This document shows, piece after piece, positions 39,860-50,600 of a stretch of 64,000 bases of DNA. Below the pieces are notes generated by a model. It was not told the DNA's origin, ran no database searches, and worked only from the letters and a program-made list of their open reading frames with translations. Made by a program: the position numbers and the translations under genes. Each line of letters opens with the position of its first letter. Position 1 is the stretch's first letter. The DNA lies in the NCBI GenBank assembly GCA_043775315.1, contig JAYVSO010000125.1:78670-142669 (forward strand), given 5' to 3'. Source of the stretch: Verrucomicrobiota bacterium. GTDB lineage: Bacteria; Verrucomicrobiota; Verrucomicrobiia; Limisphaerales; CANJSG01.

Positions 39860-41131
39860 TTATGTGTTTTGCCCGACGCTGTGGTAACGCAGGCCAGAAA
39901 TCCCCGCGACGACGTTCCGGAGAAATCCATTCGCATCCAGGACGAGCGGACGCCTCATGGATGCGAGCAACGTGGGCCAACTGGCTTCGCGGAAGACTGG
40001 CCATTCAGTGGAAACGACGGCGGCATCGGCTCCGGTGAGCGCTTCTTCCATTGAAGCGGCCGCGAGCAATCCGGGGCACGCATGAGACGCGTCGCGCACG
40101 GCGGGATCGTAGGCGATGCACGCAGCTCCGGCGGCGATGAGCTTGGCGGCAACTTCGAGCGCGAGGCTGCGGCGGAGCGTGTCGGTGCCGGGTTTGTAGG
40201 TGAGGCCGAGGATGGCGACGCGTTTGCCGGAAAGGTCGCCGAGTGTTTCCTGCAATCGCTTCACGGCCCAGCCGCGATGATGGTCGTTGCTGCGCTTGAT
40301 CGCGGGGACGAGTTCGAGGCCGAGCCCACAAGTCTCGCTGATGCGCGAGAGGCTGACGACGTCGCGGGCCAGTGTGCCGCCGGCGAACGGGCCGCCGGGA
40401 TTGACGAAGGCGCGTTCGCCCACGCGCGGATCGCTCTTCAGGCCTGTGGAGACTTCCTTCGCATCGGCACCGAAGGCTTCGCAGACCGTGGCGATCTCGT
40501 TGATGAAGGAGATGGAGAGCGCGAGGAAGCCGTTGAGGGCGTGCTTCACCATCTCGGCGGACTCGGGGCGCATCCAGATGAGGCGCTGGGTGAACCGGCC
40601 GAGAAGAGATTCAAGTAACGGCCGGTTCCTTTCGTGGCGCAGGCCGATGACGATGCGGTCGGCCTTCTCGAAGCCCGCGATGGCCTGGCCGAGACGGAGA
40701 TTCTCCGGCGAGACGGCGAAATCGAGCGCGGCGAATTCGCCTTCCAACTTGGCGCAGGTGCCGACGGGAAGCTGGGAGGAAATCAGCACGACGGTTCCGG
40801 GCGCGAGGTGCGGCAGGACGTTCCGCAGCGGAGCGAGGACGGCTTCGACATCGGACGTGTCGTCATCGGCCACGGGCGTGTCGAACGTGACCCAGAGCAA
40901 TTGCGCTCCAGCGCAGGCGGACGCGGCGTCGGTCGTGAAGCGGAGATGCTTCGTGGCCAGGCCGGAAGCGATCAGTTCGTTCAAGCCCGGCTCGGAGATC
41001 GGCGGTTTGCCGGTGGAAAGGTTCGCGACGAGCGCGGCATCGGGATCAAGGCCGACGACCTCGACGTGTTTCGCGCAGCACGCGGCGGTGACACAGCCCA
41101 GATGCCAGAGACCGAGGACGACGATTTTCAT
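39860..41131 (-). CDS. Nucleotide-sugar dehydrogenase (UDP-glucose/GDP-mannose 6-dehydrogenase family)
   Basis: MKIVVLGLWHLGCVTAACCA NAD-binding N-terminus with a central catalytic Cys region. ~423 aa. Confidence 0.85.
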   Translation of the reverse strand: MKIVVLGLWHLGCVTAACCAKHVEVVGLDPDAALVANLSTGKPPISEPGLNELIASGLATKHLRFTTDAASACAGAQLLWVTFDTPVADDDTSDVEAVLAPLRNVLPHLAPGTVVLISSQLPVGTCAKLEGEFAALDFAVSPENLRLGQAIAGFEKADRIVIGLRHERNRPLLESLLGRFTQRLIWMRPESAEMVKHALNGFLALSISFINEIATVCEAFGADAKEVSTGLKSDPRVGERAFVNPGGPFAGGTLARDVVSLSRISETCGLGLELVPAIKRSNDHHRGWAVKRLQETLGDLSGKRVAILGLTYKPGTDTLRRSLALEVAAKLIAAGAACIAYDPAVRDASHACPGLLAAASMEEALTGADAAVVSTEWPVFREASWPTLLASMRRPLVLDANGFLRNVVAGISGLRYHSVGQNT

Positions 41132-41408
41132 CGGAGGGGGTTGCCCGCAGATGGGCGCGGATGAAAACCGATCAAGAAACCTGACTCGCCTGGCGGCGAG
41201 TTGTAGTCACGGCTGCGCGGCAGCGCAGCCCCACCATTATTGCAGGTAGGGCGGAGCTGCTGCTCCGCCGTCCGTTCTTGTAAAAGCCATCTGGGTTGAT
41301 CTGCGTTCATCTGCGGTTGAACAGCCCGATGCTCAGCGACCACGGCTACAAGGCTTGCCGATTGCAACTGAAGCCCAGTGGAAGGGTTCATCGGAGGCCA
41401 CAAGGTCT

Positions 41409-41828
41409 TCATACTCGTCTCAACGTAATCTCACCGCCGTCTCCGGCATCGTCCTCATCTGCTCCCGCCAAGCCATCGATCTGCCAAGAGCATGTCGGGC
41501 GGGCAGAAGCCTGCTGTATCATCGTGTCGAGAGTGTAAAGCCAAGCACCGTAAATCTGAATCGCTTGGCTTCCCTGTTGCTCACGTCGAAGCTCGCCCAA
41601 CACCTCCTCGCGGTGAGCTTGAAGCTCGCCCCGCAATAACTCGCATTGCGTCCGGATCGTCCGAGCGTCATCCACACCGTTTGCGTTGGTAAACTTCGAG
41701 AACCAGTGGCGCGTGTCCTCCGGGACCACGCACAGCCTGCTGGCGAGGTCTAGCAACTGTGCCCAATTGGGGAGCAGCTCGCCTTCAAAGCGAATGGTCT
41801 TAAGATTGAGATGCGAAGGACGTGCCAT
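41409..41828 (-). CDS. Hypothetical protein
   Basis: 139-aa ORF between the dehydrogenase and epimerase genes. No recognised motif. Confidence 0.35.
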   Translation of the reverse strand: MARPSHLNLKTIRFEGELLPNWAQLLDLASRLCVVPEDTRHWFSKFTNANGVDDARTIRTQCELLRGELQAHREEVLGELRREQQGSQAIQIYGAWLYTLDTMIQQASARPTCSWQIDGLAGADEDDAGDGGEITLRRV

Positions 41829-41846
41829 GCAGCTTAGATAGGTTCT

Positions 41847-42818
41847 TCACCGCTTCTCCAGAATCCACTTGTTCTCGCGGATCCAGTCGATGGTGCGTTC
41901 GACGCTTTGGCGGATGGTCAGCTTGGGCGTCCAGCCGGTGGCGCGGATCCTGGCGGTGTCGAGGTAGATGAACGGGTTGTCGCCGACCCAGCCGCGGTCG
42001 CCGCCGGTGTAGTCGAAGCGCGGCGCGAGCCCGAGCCGCTGGCAGATGACGCCGATGGAGTCCTTCACCGTGACGAACTCGTCGGTGCCGAGGTTGTAGA
42101 CCTGCACGCGGTGTTTGGCGGTCTTGGCCGTGCCGGTCTTCACCACGTGCATGAGCGCGGCGATGCAGTCGCCGACATGGAGGTAGGACTTCCTCTGCGA
42201 ACCGTCGCCCAGCACGCGGAGGTGGTCCGGGTGGTCGAGGAGCTGCTTGTAGAAGTCGAAGACGTGCCCGTGCGTGTAGCGTTCGCCCATGATCGAGACG
42301 AAGCGGAAGACGTAGCCCTCGAAGCCGTAGCCCTCGCAGTAGGAATGGATGAGGCATTCGCCGGCGACCTTGGACGCGGCGTAGAGCGAGGTCTGGATGG
42401 GGAAGGGATGGTTCTCCGGCGTCGGGATGATCTCGGCCTCGCCGTAGACCGAGCCGGTCGAGGAGAAGGCAATGACCTTGGTGCCATTGGCCCGCATGGA
42501 TTCCAGCACGTTGAAGGTGGCGATGGTGTTCTGCTCCAAATCGCGGCGCGGATGGTTCAGGCCGAAGCGCACGTCGGCGTTGGCGGCGAGATGGTAAACG
42601 GTGTCGCAGCCAACCATGGCGGCGGTGAGGGCGGGCAGGTCGAGGTTGTCGCCGCGGACGAGGCGGAAGTTGGGATGCTTCAAGGCCCCGGCGAGGAAGG
42701 TTTCTTGGCCGGTGCTGAAGTTGTCCCAGCCGACGACGGTGCAGCCGGCGGCCAGAAGGACGTCGATCAGGCTGCTGCCGATGAAGCCGGCGGCTCCGGT
42801 GACGAAGACTTGTTTCAT
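41847..42818 (-). CDS. NAD-dependent epimerase/dehydratase (UDP-glucose 4-epimerase / UDP-xylose synthase-like extended SDR)
   Basis: VTGAAGFIGSSL and YAASK motifs. 323 aa. Confidence 0.85.
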   Translation of the reverse strand: MKQVFVTGAAGFIGSSLIDVLLAAGCTVVGWDNFSTGQETFLAGALKHPNFRLVRGDNLDLPALTAAMVGCDTVYHLAANADVRFGLNHPRRDLEQNTIATFNVLESMRANGTKVIAFSSTGSVYGEAEIIPTPENHPFPIQTSLYAASKVAGECLIHSYCEGYGFEGYVFRFVSIMGERYTHGHVFDFYKQLLDHPDHLRVLGDGSQRKSYLHVGDCIAALMHVVKTGTAKTAKHRVQVYNLGTDEFVTVKDSIGVICQRLGLAPRFDYTGGDRGWVGDNPFIYLDTARIRATGWTPKLTIRQSVERTIDWIRENKWILEKR

Positions 42819-43050
42819 GCAATGGGAACGGAACGGAAAGACGCCGCGAATTCAGTCGGTCCCGGCGGGAAACTCAAGGCGGGATGTTCGCGGTTGGAAA
42901 AGAGGGCAGCAAATCCTACTGGCCGCGCCCTTGGCGATTGGGTAACTCCATGTCCGTCCCAAGCCGAACCCAGTTGCCAGATCCGAGGACGGCGGGAGGA
43001 CGAACACGACGAAGGAGCCAAACCCAACCCCACCCCACGCTTTCCCGCCC

Positions 43051-45174
43051 ATGCAATACCTCATCTACGCCGCCATCGCGTTTGTCGTCCTGATCCCCAT
43101 CGCGATCACGATCGTGCTCTGCATCCGCAAGATCCACCCCGGCAAGGCCGGCATCAGCGTCGGCCTCGGAGGGCTGCGCGTGGCCTTCGACTACATGATC
43201 CGCCTGCCGCTGGTGCAGAACTTCGAGGAGATGGACATCTCCGTGAAGAAGCTGGAGATCCACCGCAAGGGCAAGGACGGCCTCGTCTGCAAGGACAACA
43301 TCCGCGCCGACATCTCCGTGGCCTTCTACATCCGCGTCGAGGCCACCGTGGACAGCGTGAAGAAGGTTTCCCAGATGCTCGGCGTCGAACGCGTGTCCGA
43401 CATGGCCCAGCTCCGCGAGCTGTTCGAGGCCAAGTTCTCCGAGGCGCTCAAGACCGCCGGCAAACAGATGGAGTTCCACGAGCTCTTCACCGAGCGCATC
43501 AAGTTCCGCGAACAGATCCAGGCCACCATCGGCAAGGATCTCGACGGCTTCTTCCTCCAGGACGTGGCGATCGACTACCTGGAGCAGACGCCGCTCGACC
43601 AGCACGACCCCAGCAACGTGCTCGACTCCGAGGGCATCCGGAAGATCACCGAGATCACCCAGCGCGAACGCGTCAGCGCCAACGAATTTTCCCAGCGCGC
43701 GCAGGTCCAGATCGAGAAGGAGAACGCCGACGCCGACATCGCCAAACGCGAACAGCGCCGCCGCAACGAGGAGGACACCGCCAAGCAGACCCGCGCCATC
43801 AACGAGGTGAAGGCCAACGAGGAGGCCGAGGCCCGCAAGGTCATCGAAGGTCGCCGCCAGGAAGTCGAAGGCAAGCGCCTGGAAGCCGACGAATCCATCC
43901 AGTTGCGCACCCAGGACATGAACCGCGCGGTGCAGGAACGGGAGTTCACCGTGAAGAAGGAACGGCAGCGCCTCGAACAGGAGGCTGTGCAGGAAGGCGA
44001 GGAGGCCCGCGTCCGCCGCGAACGCACGGTGTCGCTCGCCGAGATGGACAAGGAAGTGAAGGTCAACGAGGCCGCCGTCGAAGTGGAACGCAAGCGCGCC
44101 ACCGTCGTCTCCGAACAGAAGGCCGTCACCCAGCAGGAGGAGGAGAAGCGCAATATCGAGGCCCGCATGACCGCCGAACGCGTCCGCGAGGTCACGCTCA
44201 TCGAAGCCGAGATGAACGCCAAGAAGGACCAGACCGAGAAGGTCGTCGCCTCCGAGGCCCAGAAGGAAGTCGCGCGTAACGTCGCCGAAGCCGACAAGAT
44301 CCGGACCATCACCGCCGCCGAAGCGGGCCGCGAAGCCGCCTTGCGCGATGCCGAACGCATCCAGACCACCGCAGACGCCGAAGCCAAGGTCGCCGACAAA
44401 CGCCGCCACGCCGCCGAGCAGGAAGCCGAAGGCACCGCCGCCCGCGAAGCCGCCAAAGGCCTCGCCGAAGCCAAGGTCACCATCGCCAAGGCCGGGGCCA
44501 TGAAGATTGAGGCCGCCGCCATCAAGGAGGTTGGTCTCGCCGAAGCCGAGGTCATCAAGGCCAAGGGCATGGTCCAGTCCGAGAACACCCAGACCTTGGC
44601 AGAAGCCGACGCCACCGGCATCGAGGCCCGAGGCACGGCCGAGGCCAAGTCGATCCATCTGAAAGCCGACGCCATGAAGCTGCTCCACGCCGCCGGCCAG
44701 CAGCACGAGGAGTTCAAGCTCCGCCTCGCCAAGGACCGCGACGTCGAACTCGCCGGCATCCACGTCCAGCGCGACGTGGCCCAGGCCAACGCCCAGGTCG
44801 TCTCCGAGGCGCTCAAGACCGCCAAGATCGACATCGTCGGCGGCGAGAACGACTTCTTCGAGAAGATCGTCCGCAGCATCGGCACCGGGAAATCCGTGGA
44901 CCGCATGGTGCAGAACAGCGCCACGCTCACCGACATCAAGGAGACCTTCTTCAACGGCGACCCCGAGCACTTCAAGACCCAGCTCCGCCAGTGGGTCGCC
45001 GACTTCGGGATCAAGACCGAGGATCTGAAGAACCTCACGCTGTCCGCCCTGCTCGCCAAACTCGTCGCCTCCACCGACGACGCGGGAGTGAAGGCCACCA
45101 TCAAGTCCGCCCTCGCGCTGGTGAAGGAGAAGGGAATGGGAGAGGTGAAGGCGGAGACAGTGGTGAAGGCATGA
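43051..45174 (+). CDS. Flotillin family (SPFH/band-7) membrane protein with extended E/A/K-rich coiled-coil
   Basis: N-terminal TM helix, SPFH domain (ISVGLGGLRVAFDYMIRLPLVQN...DNIRADISVAFYIRV), then ~400 aa of EA-repeat coiled coil. Confidence 0.8.
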   Translation: MQYLIYAAIAFVVLIPIAITIVLCIRKIHPGKAGISVGLGGLRVAFDYMIRLPLVQNFEEMDISVKKLEIHRKGKDGLVCKDNIRADISVAFYIRVEATVDSVKKVSQMLGVERVSDMAQLRELFEAKFSEALKTAGKQMEFHELFTERIKFREQIQATIGKDLDGFFLQDVAIDYLEQTPLDQHDPSNVLDSEGIRKITEITQRERVSANEFSQRAQVQIEKENADADIAKREQRRRNEEDTAKQTRAINEVKANEEAEARKVIEGRRQEVEGKRLEADESIQLRTQDMNRAVQEREFTVKKERQRLEQEAVQEGEEARVRRERTVSLAEMDKEVKVNEAAVEVERKRATVVSEQKAVTQQEEEKRNIEARMTAERVREVTLIEAEMNAKKDQTEKVVASEAQKEVARNVAEADKIRTITAAEAGREAALRDAERIQTTADAEAKVADKRRHAAEQEAEGTAAREAAKGLAEAKVTIAKAGAMKIEAAAIKEVGLAEAEVIKAKGMVQSENTQTLAEADATGIEARGTAEAKSIHLKADAMKLLHAAGQQHEEFKLRLAKDRDVELAGIHVQRDVAQANAQVVSEALKTAKIDIVGGENDFFEKIVRSIGTGKSVDRMVQNSATLTDIKETFFNGDPEHFKTQLRQWVADFGIKTEDLKNLTLSALLAKLVASTDDAGVKATIKSALALVKEKGMGEVKAETVVKA

Positions 45175-45215
45175 CGGAGTTCGCCCGCCAAGAAGCCAAG
45201 TGATACAAGTAACCC

Positions 45216-45431
45216 ATGAAAACGATCCACGCGGTCTTTGAGCAGGGCGTCTTTCGTCCTTTGGAAAAGGTCGAGCTTCCGGAAAACACGGAAGTTGAGT
45301 TTGAGCCCCGCACCACCCTTGCGCGCCAACCGATGAAGGAAGGCATGGCCGCCATCTACGCCATTCTGTCCGAACGCTACGAGACCGGCGAAACTGACGT
45401 CGCGGCCCGGCACAACGAGCATCAGCCATGA
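45216..45431 (+). CDS. Type II antitoxin (DUF104/AF2212-like) paired with PIN toxin
   Basis: MKTIHAVFEQGVFRPLEKVELPENTEVEFE. 71 aa. Stop overlaps the PIN gene start (ATGA). Confidence 0.6.
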   Translation: MKTIHAVFEQGVFRPLEKVELPENTEVEFEPRTTLARQPMKEGMAAIYAILSERYETGETDVAARHNEHQP

Positions 45432-45826
45432 CGGTCTTCCTCGATACCATCGGCCTGCTGGCCGTCTGGGACAAGACCGACCAATGGCACACTGCGGCAA
45501 CGGTCAGCCTTGCTGGATTGCAGGCGGCCGGGGCGGAACTGGTCACGAGCGCGTATGTCCTGCTGGAGTGTGGCAATGCCGCCGCCCGTCGGCCGTATCG
45601 CCCGTCGGTCATCCGCTTGAAGCAGCGACTCGAAGCGGAGCGATGCCTGATCTTGCCGACCGAAGAAGATTGGTCTGTCGCTTGGAACGCCTACATCCGC
45701 GGCGAAGCCGACTCGGCTGGCATCGTGGACCAGGTCTCCTTCGCCGTGATGCGGCGGCTGGGGATCGCCACCGTCTTTACCAACGACAGACACTTCCTCG
45801 CCGCCGGATTTGAAACCCTGTTTTGA
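45428..45826 (+). CDS. vapC: PIN-domain toxin (VapC-like ribonuclease)
   Basis: MTVFLDT (first acidic residue), E at ~40, D..., and C-terminal TNDRHF. 132 aa. Confidence 0.8.
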   Translation: MTVFLDTIGLLAVWDKTDQWHTAATVSLAGLQAAGAELVTSAYVLLECGNAAARRPYRPSVIRLKQRLEAERCLILPTEEDWSVAWNAYIRGEADSAGIVDQVSFAVMRRLGIATVFTNDRHFLAAGFETLF

Positions 45827-45844
45827 AATGAAACCTGACCGCTT

Positions 45845-45965
45845 AGTCCTGTTCGCCAGACTCGCCGACGATGCCGACGTGAAATACGCGATCAAGTCCG
45901 CCCTCACGTTGGTGAAGGAGAAGGGAATGGGGGAGGTGGGGGCGAAAAAGGCGTTGGAGAGCTGA
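45845..45965 (+). pseudogene. Duplicated remnant of the flotillin 3' end
   Basis: Encodes LFARLADDADVKYAIKSALTLVKEKGMGEVGAKKALES*, against the flotillin C-terminus LLAKLVASTDDAGVKATIKSALALVKEKGMGEVKAETVVKA*. ~120 bp direct repeat flanking the vapBC cassette. Confidence 0.6.
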
Positions 45966-45998
45966 TCCGCCTGATATTCAGCCCAACCCAGTAACCAA

Positions 45999-46568
45999 AT
46001 GAACAGGTTCCTAGAAAAAGCCTTTCCACCGGACCTTGTTCTATCCCTTGGGCCGATCAGTGATCGCTTGATGGCCCCAAGCAACCTAGACCCGAGCGAC
46101 GTATTTGCCGTCATCGTCGCCTCTGGGCCAATCGAGATCCCCTACAGAATTTACGTTGAACCACTCACTCCCCAAGAGATCGACCATCTCCCCGAAAAAA
46201 TTCGGGGTGCTGTCGCCTGCTGGTTTTCAAGACATCACAACGGGCGAATTCGTGAGGATTTCTTACGAAGCATCACCGCTTATGATTCAGACTGGATTAT
46301 TGGCTACGTGTTGCCACTAAGCGGAGAATATGTTCTCCCAATTTTGGAGTTGATCTGGGACCGACGAGATCGTTTTGACATCTCAGTCCTGAGATCTTGG
46401 CTCAAGAACAACGATTCGTTCTACCATACCGTCAGGCGGCGAGTGGTTAGCTACTGGAATTGTTATCATAGACCAGGGAACCCGGATTTTCGGAAATATG
46501 TCGGCGGTAGACTGATCGATTTTTTTGACGGCTATCGAAAGCCTGCGTGCAACGCAATCTCAGCATGA
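45999..46568 (+). CDS. Hypothetical protein, low-GC orphan
   Basis: 189-aa ORF with markedly lower GC, between vapC and the REPIN/RAYT. No motif recognised. Confidence 0.4.
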   Translation: MNRFLEKAFPPDLVLSLGPISDRLMAPSNLDPSDVFAVIVASGPIEIPYRIYVEPLTPQEIDHLPEKIRGAVACWFSRHHNGRIREDFLRSITAYDSDWIIGYVLPLSGEYVLPILELIWDRRDRFDISVLRSWLKNNDSFYHTVRRRVVSYWNCYHRPGNPDFRKYVGGRLIDFFDGYRKPACNAISA

Positions 46569-46663
46569 AAGGGATTTTCGACAGCCGTATGCAACGCCCC
46601 AACGGGGCACCGCCTTCTAGCCCAGGATTGGCGCAACCGCGCCTACCCTGGGAACGCTTGTCC

Positions 46664-46867
46664 TCAGGCGCGGAGCGCCGAAAGAAAGTAGCCCACAGCG
46701 TGAGCTGTGGGTCCTCGTCCCCATTGATTCCCCAGCCCCGGAGGGGCGACAGAATCCTTCGCGCCAATCCCGCGCTCCGCATTCTTTCGCCCCTCCTGGG
46801 CTCGTCCGATTTCCCATCGCAACCCACGGCTCACGCCGTGGGCTACTTTCTGCCGGTGCTCCGCACC
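46664..46867. mobile_element. REPIN-like element copy 3 (5' flank of RAYT)
   Basis: GGAGCGCCGAAAGAAAGTAGCCCACAGCGTGAGCTGTGGGT ... ACCCACGGCTCACGCCGTGGGCTACTTTCTGCCGGTGCTCCGC. Confidence 0.75.
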
Positions 46868-46937
46868 TATGCACTGAGCCTCTGCCGGAATCACACCGCT
46901 CGACCTAAGATTCACTAGAAATCCGACCTGACCCACC

Positions 46938-47390
46938 ATGCCCCGCACTTACACCCAGCTTCTGAACCACATCGTGTTCAGCACGAAGGAGCGCCGGCCC
47001 ACGCTGACGCCGGAGCTGCGGGCGCGGCTGTTTCCCTACATGGGCGGGATCATCCGGCAGCTCGATGGAGCGGCCTTGCTGATCAACGGGGTCGCGGATC
47101 ACGTCCACATCCTCGCGTCGCTGCCCGCTACGGCGGCGTCTTCGGAGTTTGTCGGCAAGCTGAAGGCGAATTCCTCGAAATGGGTGCATGAGAACTTCCA
47201 GGAACATCGCGCCTTTGCATGGCAGCTCGGATACTCCGCCTTCAGCGTAAGCGTTTCGCAGAAGCAGGGAGTTTTGGACTACATCGCCGGACAGGAAGAA
47301 CACCACCGGAAGGTGTCTTTTCAGGAGGAGCTGATCTCGTTCCTGAAGAAGCACGAGGTCGAATATGACGAACGCTACGTGTTTGAATGA
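46938..47390 (+). CDS. REP-associated tyrosine transposase (RAYT; IS200/IS605 TnpA-like HUH Y1 transposase)
   Basis: 150 aa. HUH motif HVHILASLP, catalytic Tyr region LGYSAFSVS, and N-terminal YTQLLNHIVFSTKERRP typical of TnpA_REP. Flanked on both sides by REPINs. Confidence 0.8.
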   Translation: MPRTYTQLLNHIVFSTKERRPTLTPELRARLFPYMGGIIRQLDGAALLINGVADHVHILASLPATAASSEFVGKLKANSSKWVHENFQEHRAFAWQLGYSAFSVSVSQKQGVLDYIAGQEEHHRKVSFQEELISFLKKHEVEYDERYVFE

Positions 47391-47440
47391 AGATGGACGC
47401 CACCAACGCCATAAGCTCTGAAGCGAACCCATCTAGCCAC

Positions 47441-47634
47441 GGAGCGGCGGCAGACAGTAGCCCACAGCGTGAGCTGTGGGTTCTGATCACCCTGAATCTT
47501 AAGCCCCGGAAGGGCGGCAGAATTGTTCGCACCAATCGAGCTCCGACAGCTCTATCGCCCCTCCGGGGCTCATTCACTTTTGGCAGCCAACCCACAGCTC
47601 GCGCTGTGGGCTACTTTCTTTCGGTGCTCCGCAC
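47441..47634. mobile_element. REPIN-like element copy 4 (3' flank of RAYT, 5' of giant ORF)
   Basis: GGAGCGGCGGCAGACAGTAGCCCACAGCGTGAGCTGTGGGT ... ACCCACAGCTCGCGCTGTGGGCTACTTTCTTTCGGTGCTCCGC. Confidence 0.75.
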
Positions 47635-47690
47635 CTTGGGCCGGCTGCCGACGGTTCGGTCTTTTGACCACCATTTTGCCTCTTTGACCC

Positions 47691-50600
47691 ATGGCTGACC
47701 CCACTCCTCCAGCCCAGCCTTCCGCCACCGCCCCGTCCGCCCTCGTGGGCGCGACCTACGAGATCATCCGGCAACGGCTGGCGACGAACTCGTCCACGTT
47801 GCGCGAGCGCATGGGCAAGCTCGACGCACGGCGGCAGGAGGTCTTCGGGCGGATCGAGTCCAAGCTCCTCCAGGCCGACCGTGTCACCACCGCGCACAAC
47901 TGCATGCCGCGCGACATGGTCCCGCTCGGCCACGGCCGGTTCCTCTTCGCCTTCAACGTCCGGTTCGGCCTCAAGAAGGAGATGGATCTGGCGGATGTCT
48001 TCGCCATCTACCGGCGCGACGAGGCCACGGGCGGGTTCAAGGAGGAGTCGCTGGAGCCGCTCCAGGACAAGCAGTTCGTCACCGACTTCAAGCGCCTCTA
48101 CAACGTCTATGAGAAGACCGCGTTCAGGAAGTTCGCCGTCATCGGCGGGAACCTCTACGCCAAGTTCGGCACCGGCGCGTCGCTCAACGACTACGCCGTC
48201 TTCAAGTGGGCCTTCAACGACGGCAACCTCCGCTACCTCGACGGCCGCTCCGAGGCCGAATACCGCCGCGTCGGCTATCCGCCCACGCACGATTTCCGCT
48301 GGCAAACGCCCGACCGCGAGTCCTACCGCTACGGCGACCATCCGCACGTCTCCATCGCGGAGCGCGTCTTCGTCGAGTGCGTCGGCGGCGACCTCACCAT
48401 CAAGGTCGAGGACAACACCGCCACCGGCGAGGGCATCTATTCGGAGTCCGTGGACGACCGGCACCAGAAGGTGGACGACGCCGAAATCGCCTTCGCGGAG
48501 CTGGACCATCTGATCCTGCTCAAGGTCCGGCCCTACAAGGAAACCGCCGCCCGCTTCTTCATCTTCAACGAGAAGCTCCGCTCCGTCGTGCGCGTGGACT
48601 CCATCGGCGACGCCTGCGTGCGGTTGCCGGAGGAACACGGCCTGATCTTCCCCGACGGCTACTACCTCGGCACCGGCGAGCTGAAGCGTTTCGACGCGAA
48701 GGAAACCGGGCTGATCCTGGAGCGCGTGGTCCATTCGCCCAACGGCGAGGATTCGCTCTACGTCTTCCACGGCCGCGCTTCCGGCGAACACGTCCTGCTG
48801 CCCTACCGGTTGATCGAGCAGAAGGTGGAGGAACGCATCGCCTGCCACGGCTTCGCGCTGTTCCCCAACGGCCAGCTCATCCTCTTCCGCGCGGACGACG
48901 TGCCGCAGAAGCACCACCAGATCCAGCTTCGGCAGACGCCCTTCTACCAACTCGGCTTCGAACCTTCCGGCCAGAAGGACGCCTTCCTCTACCAGGTCGG
49001 CAACAAGGACGTGGTCCGCTGCCTAGCCGAGTGCAACGAGGTGCTGACGCTCGCCGGCAAGGACACGCCCTACGCCGAGCTGTATTCCGACCTCGTGCGC
49101 CGCTGCACCGCGATGCTTGATGCGTATCCGTGGCTCACGAGCCCGGATGGCTTCCAGATCAACGACGCGCTCCAGCAGCTCCGCGAGATCGCGGACAAGG
49201 CGGTGGATGAATTCGCCAAGGTCCGCCGGCTCCAGCACGAGGCCGTGCTGCGCATTGCCGACGTGAAGAAGCGTTGCGAGGAACGGTTCCAGGCCGCGCG
49301 CCGGGCCGCGTTCTCCAAGCTGGAGGACTTCGTCCACAACCTCGCCGCGCTCCGCCATCTCCGCGGCGAACTGATCATCACGCGCGAAGTCCGCTACATC
49401 GATCTCGCCGCTCTCGATACGCTGGAGAAGGCCGTCATCGCACAACTCGCCGAGCTTTCCGCCTTGTGCGTGAAATTTCTGCTGAAGCCCGAGGCGCTCG
49501 AGCCCTACCGCAAGCAGGCCGCCGAACACCTCGCCGCCGTGGACAAGGTCGCGAAGGTCGCCGACGGCCGGAAGTTGGAGAAGGCCGTGGCCGACGCGGG
49601 CGGCGAGCTGGAGATGCTCATCGAGATCGTCAACAGCCTGAAGATCGACGACGCCACCGAGACGACGCGCATCATCGACAGCGTCACGGCCGTCTATTCG
49701 ACGCTCAACCAGGTGAAGGCGGCGCTGAAGAAGCACCTCCAGGCGCTGGTCGCAACAGAAGGCGCGGCCCAGTTCAACGCCCAGCTCAAGCTCCTCGGCC
49801 AGTCCGCCTCCAGCTACCTCGACCTCTGCGACACGCCGGAGAAGTGCGACGAGTATCTCAACCGCCTCACCGTCCAGCTTGAGGAGATGGAGGGCGCGTT
49901 CGCCGGGTTCGACGAATACACCGTCCAGCTTTCCGACCGCCGCACCGAGTTCTACGAAGCCTTCGAGCAGCGGAAGATCGCGCTCGTCGAGCAGCGCAAC
50001 AAACGCGCCGGCGCGCTCCTGACCGCCGCCGAACGCATCCTCAAGGTCATCCAGAACCGCCTCGCCGGGTTCAAGGCGCTGGAGGAGATCCACACCTACA
50101 TGGCGTCGGACCTGATGACGGCGAAGGTCCGCGAAACGATCGAGCAGTTGCTGGAGTTGGGCGATTCGGTGAAGGCCGACGACCTGCAGGGCCGGCTCAA
50201 GACCGTGCAGCAGGACGCGGTGCGGCAGCTCAAGGACAGGCAGGACCTGTTCGTCGATGGCACGTCCGTCATCCAGCTCGGCAAACACAAGTTCAACGTC
50301 AACACCCAGCCGCTGGACCTGACCATCGTCCAACGCGAAGGCCAGCCGCACTTCCACCTGACGAGCACGAAGTATTTCGACCCGATCACCGACACGGACT
50401 ACCTCGCCACGCGGCAGGTCTGGGATCAGGAAGTGATCTCGGAGAACGCCGACGTTTACCGCGCCGAGTATCTCGCGTGGCAGATGATGAACGCTTCCAA
50501 GCTCGAAGACTTCCTCGCCCGCCCCGAGGACCAGCGCCTTGCCGCCGTGCAGGCGTTCATGGCCGCGCGTTACCAGGACGGCTACACCAAGGGCCTCCAC

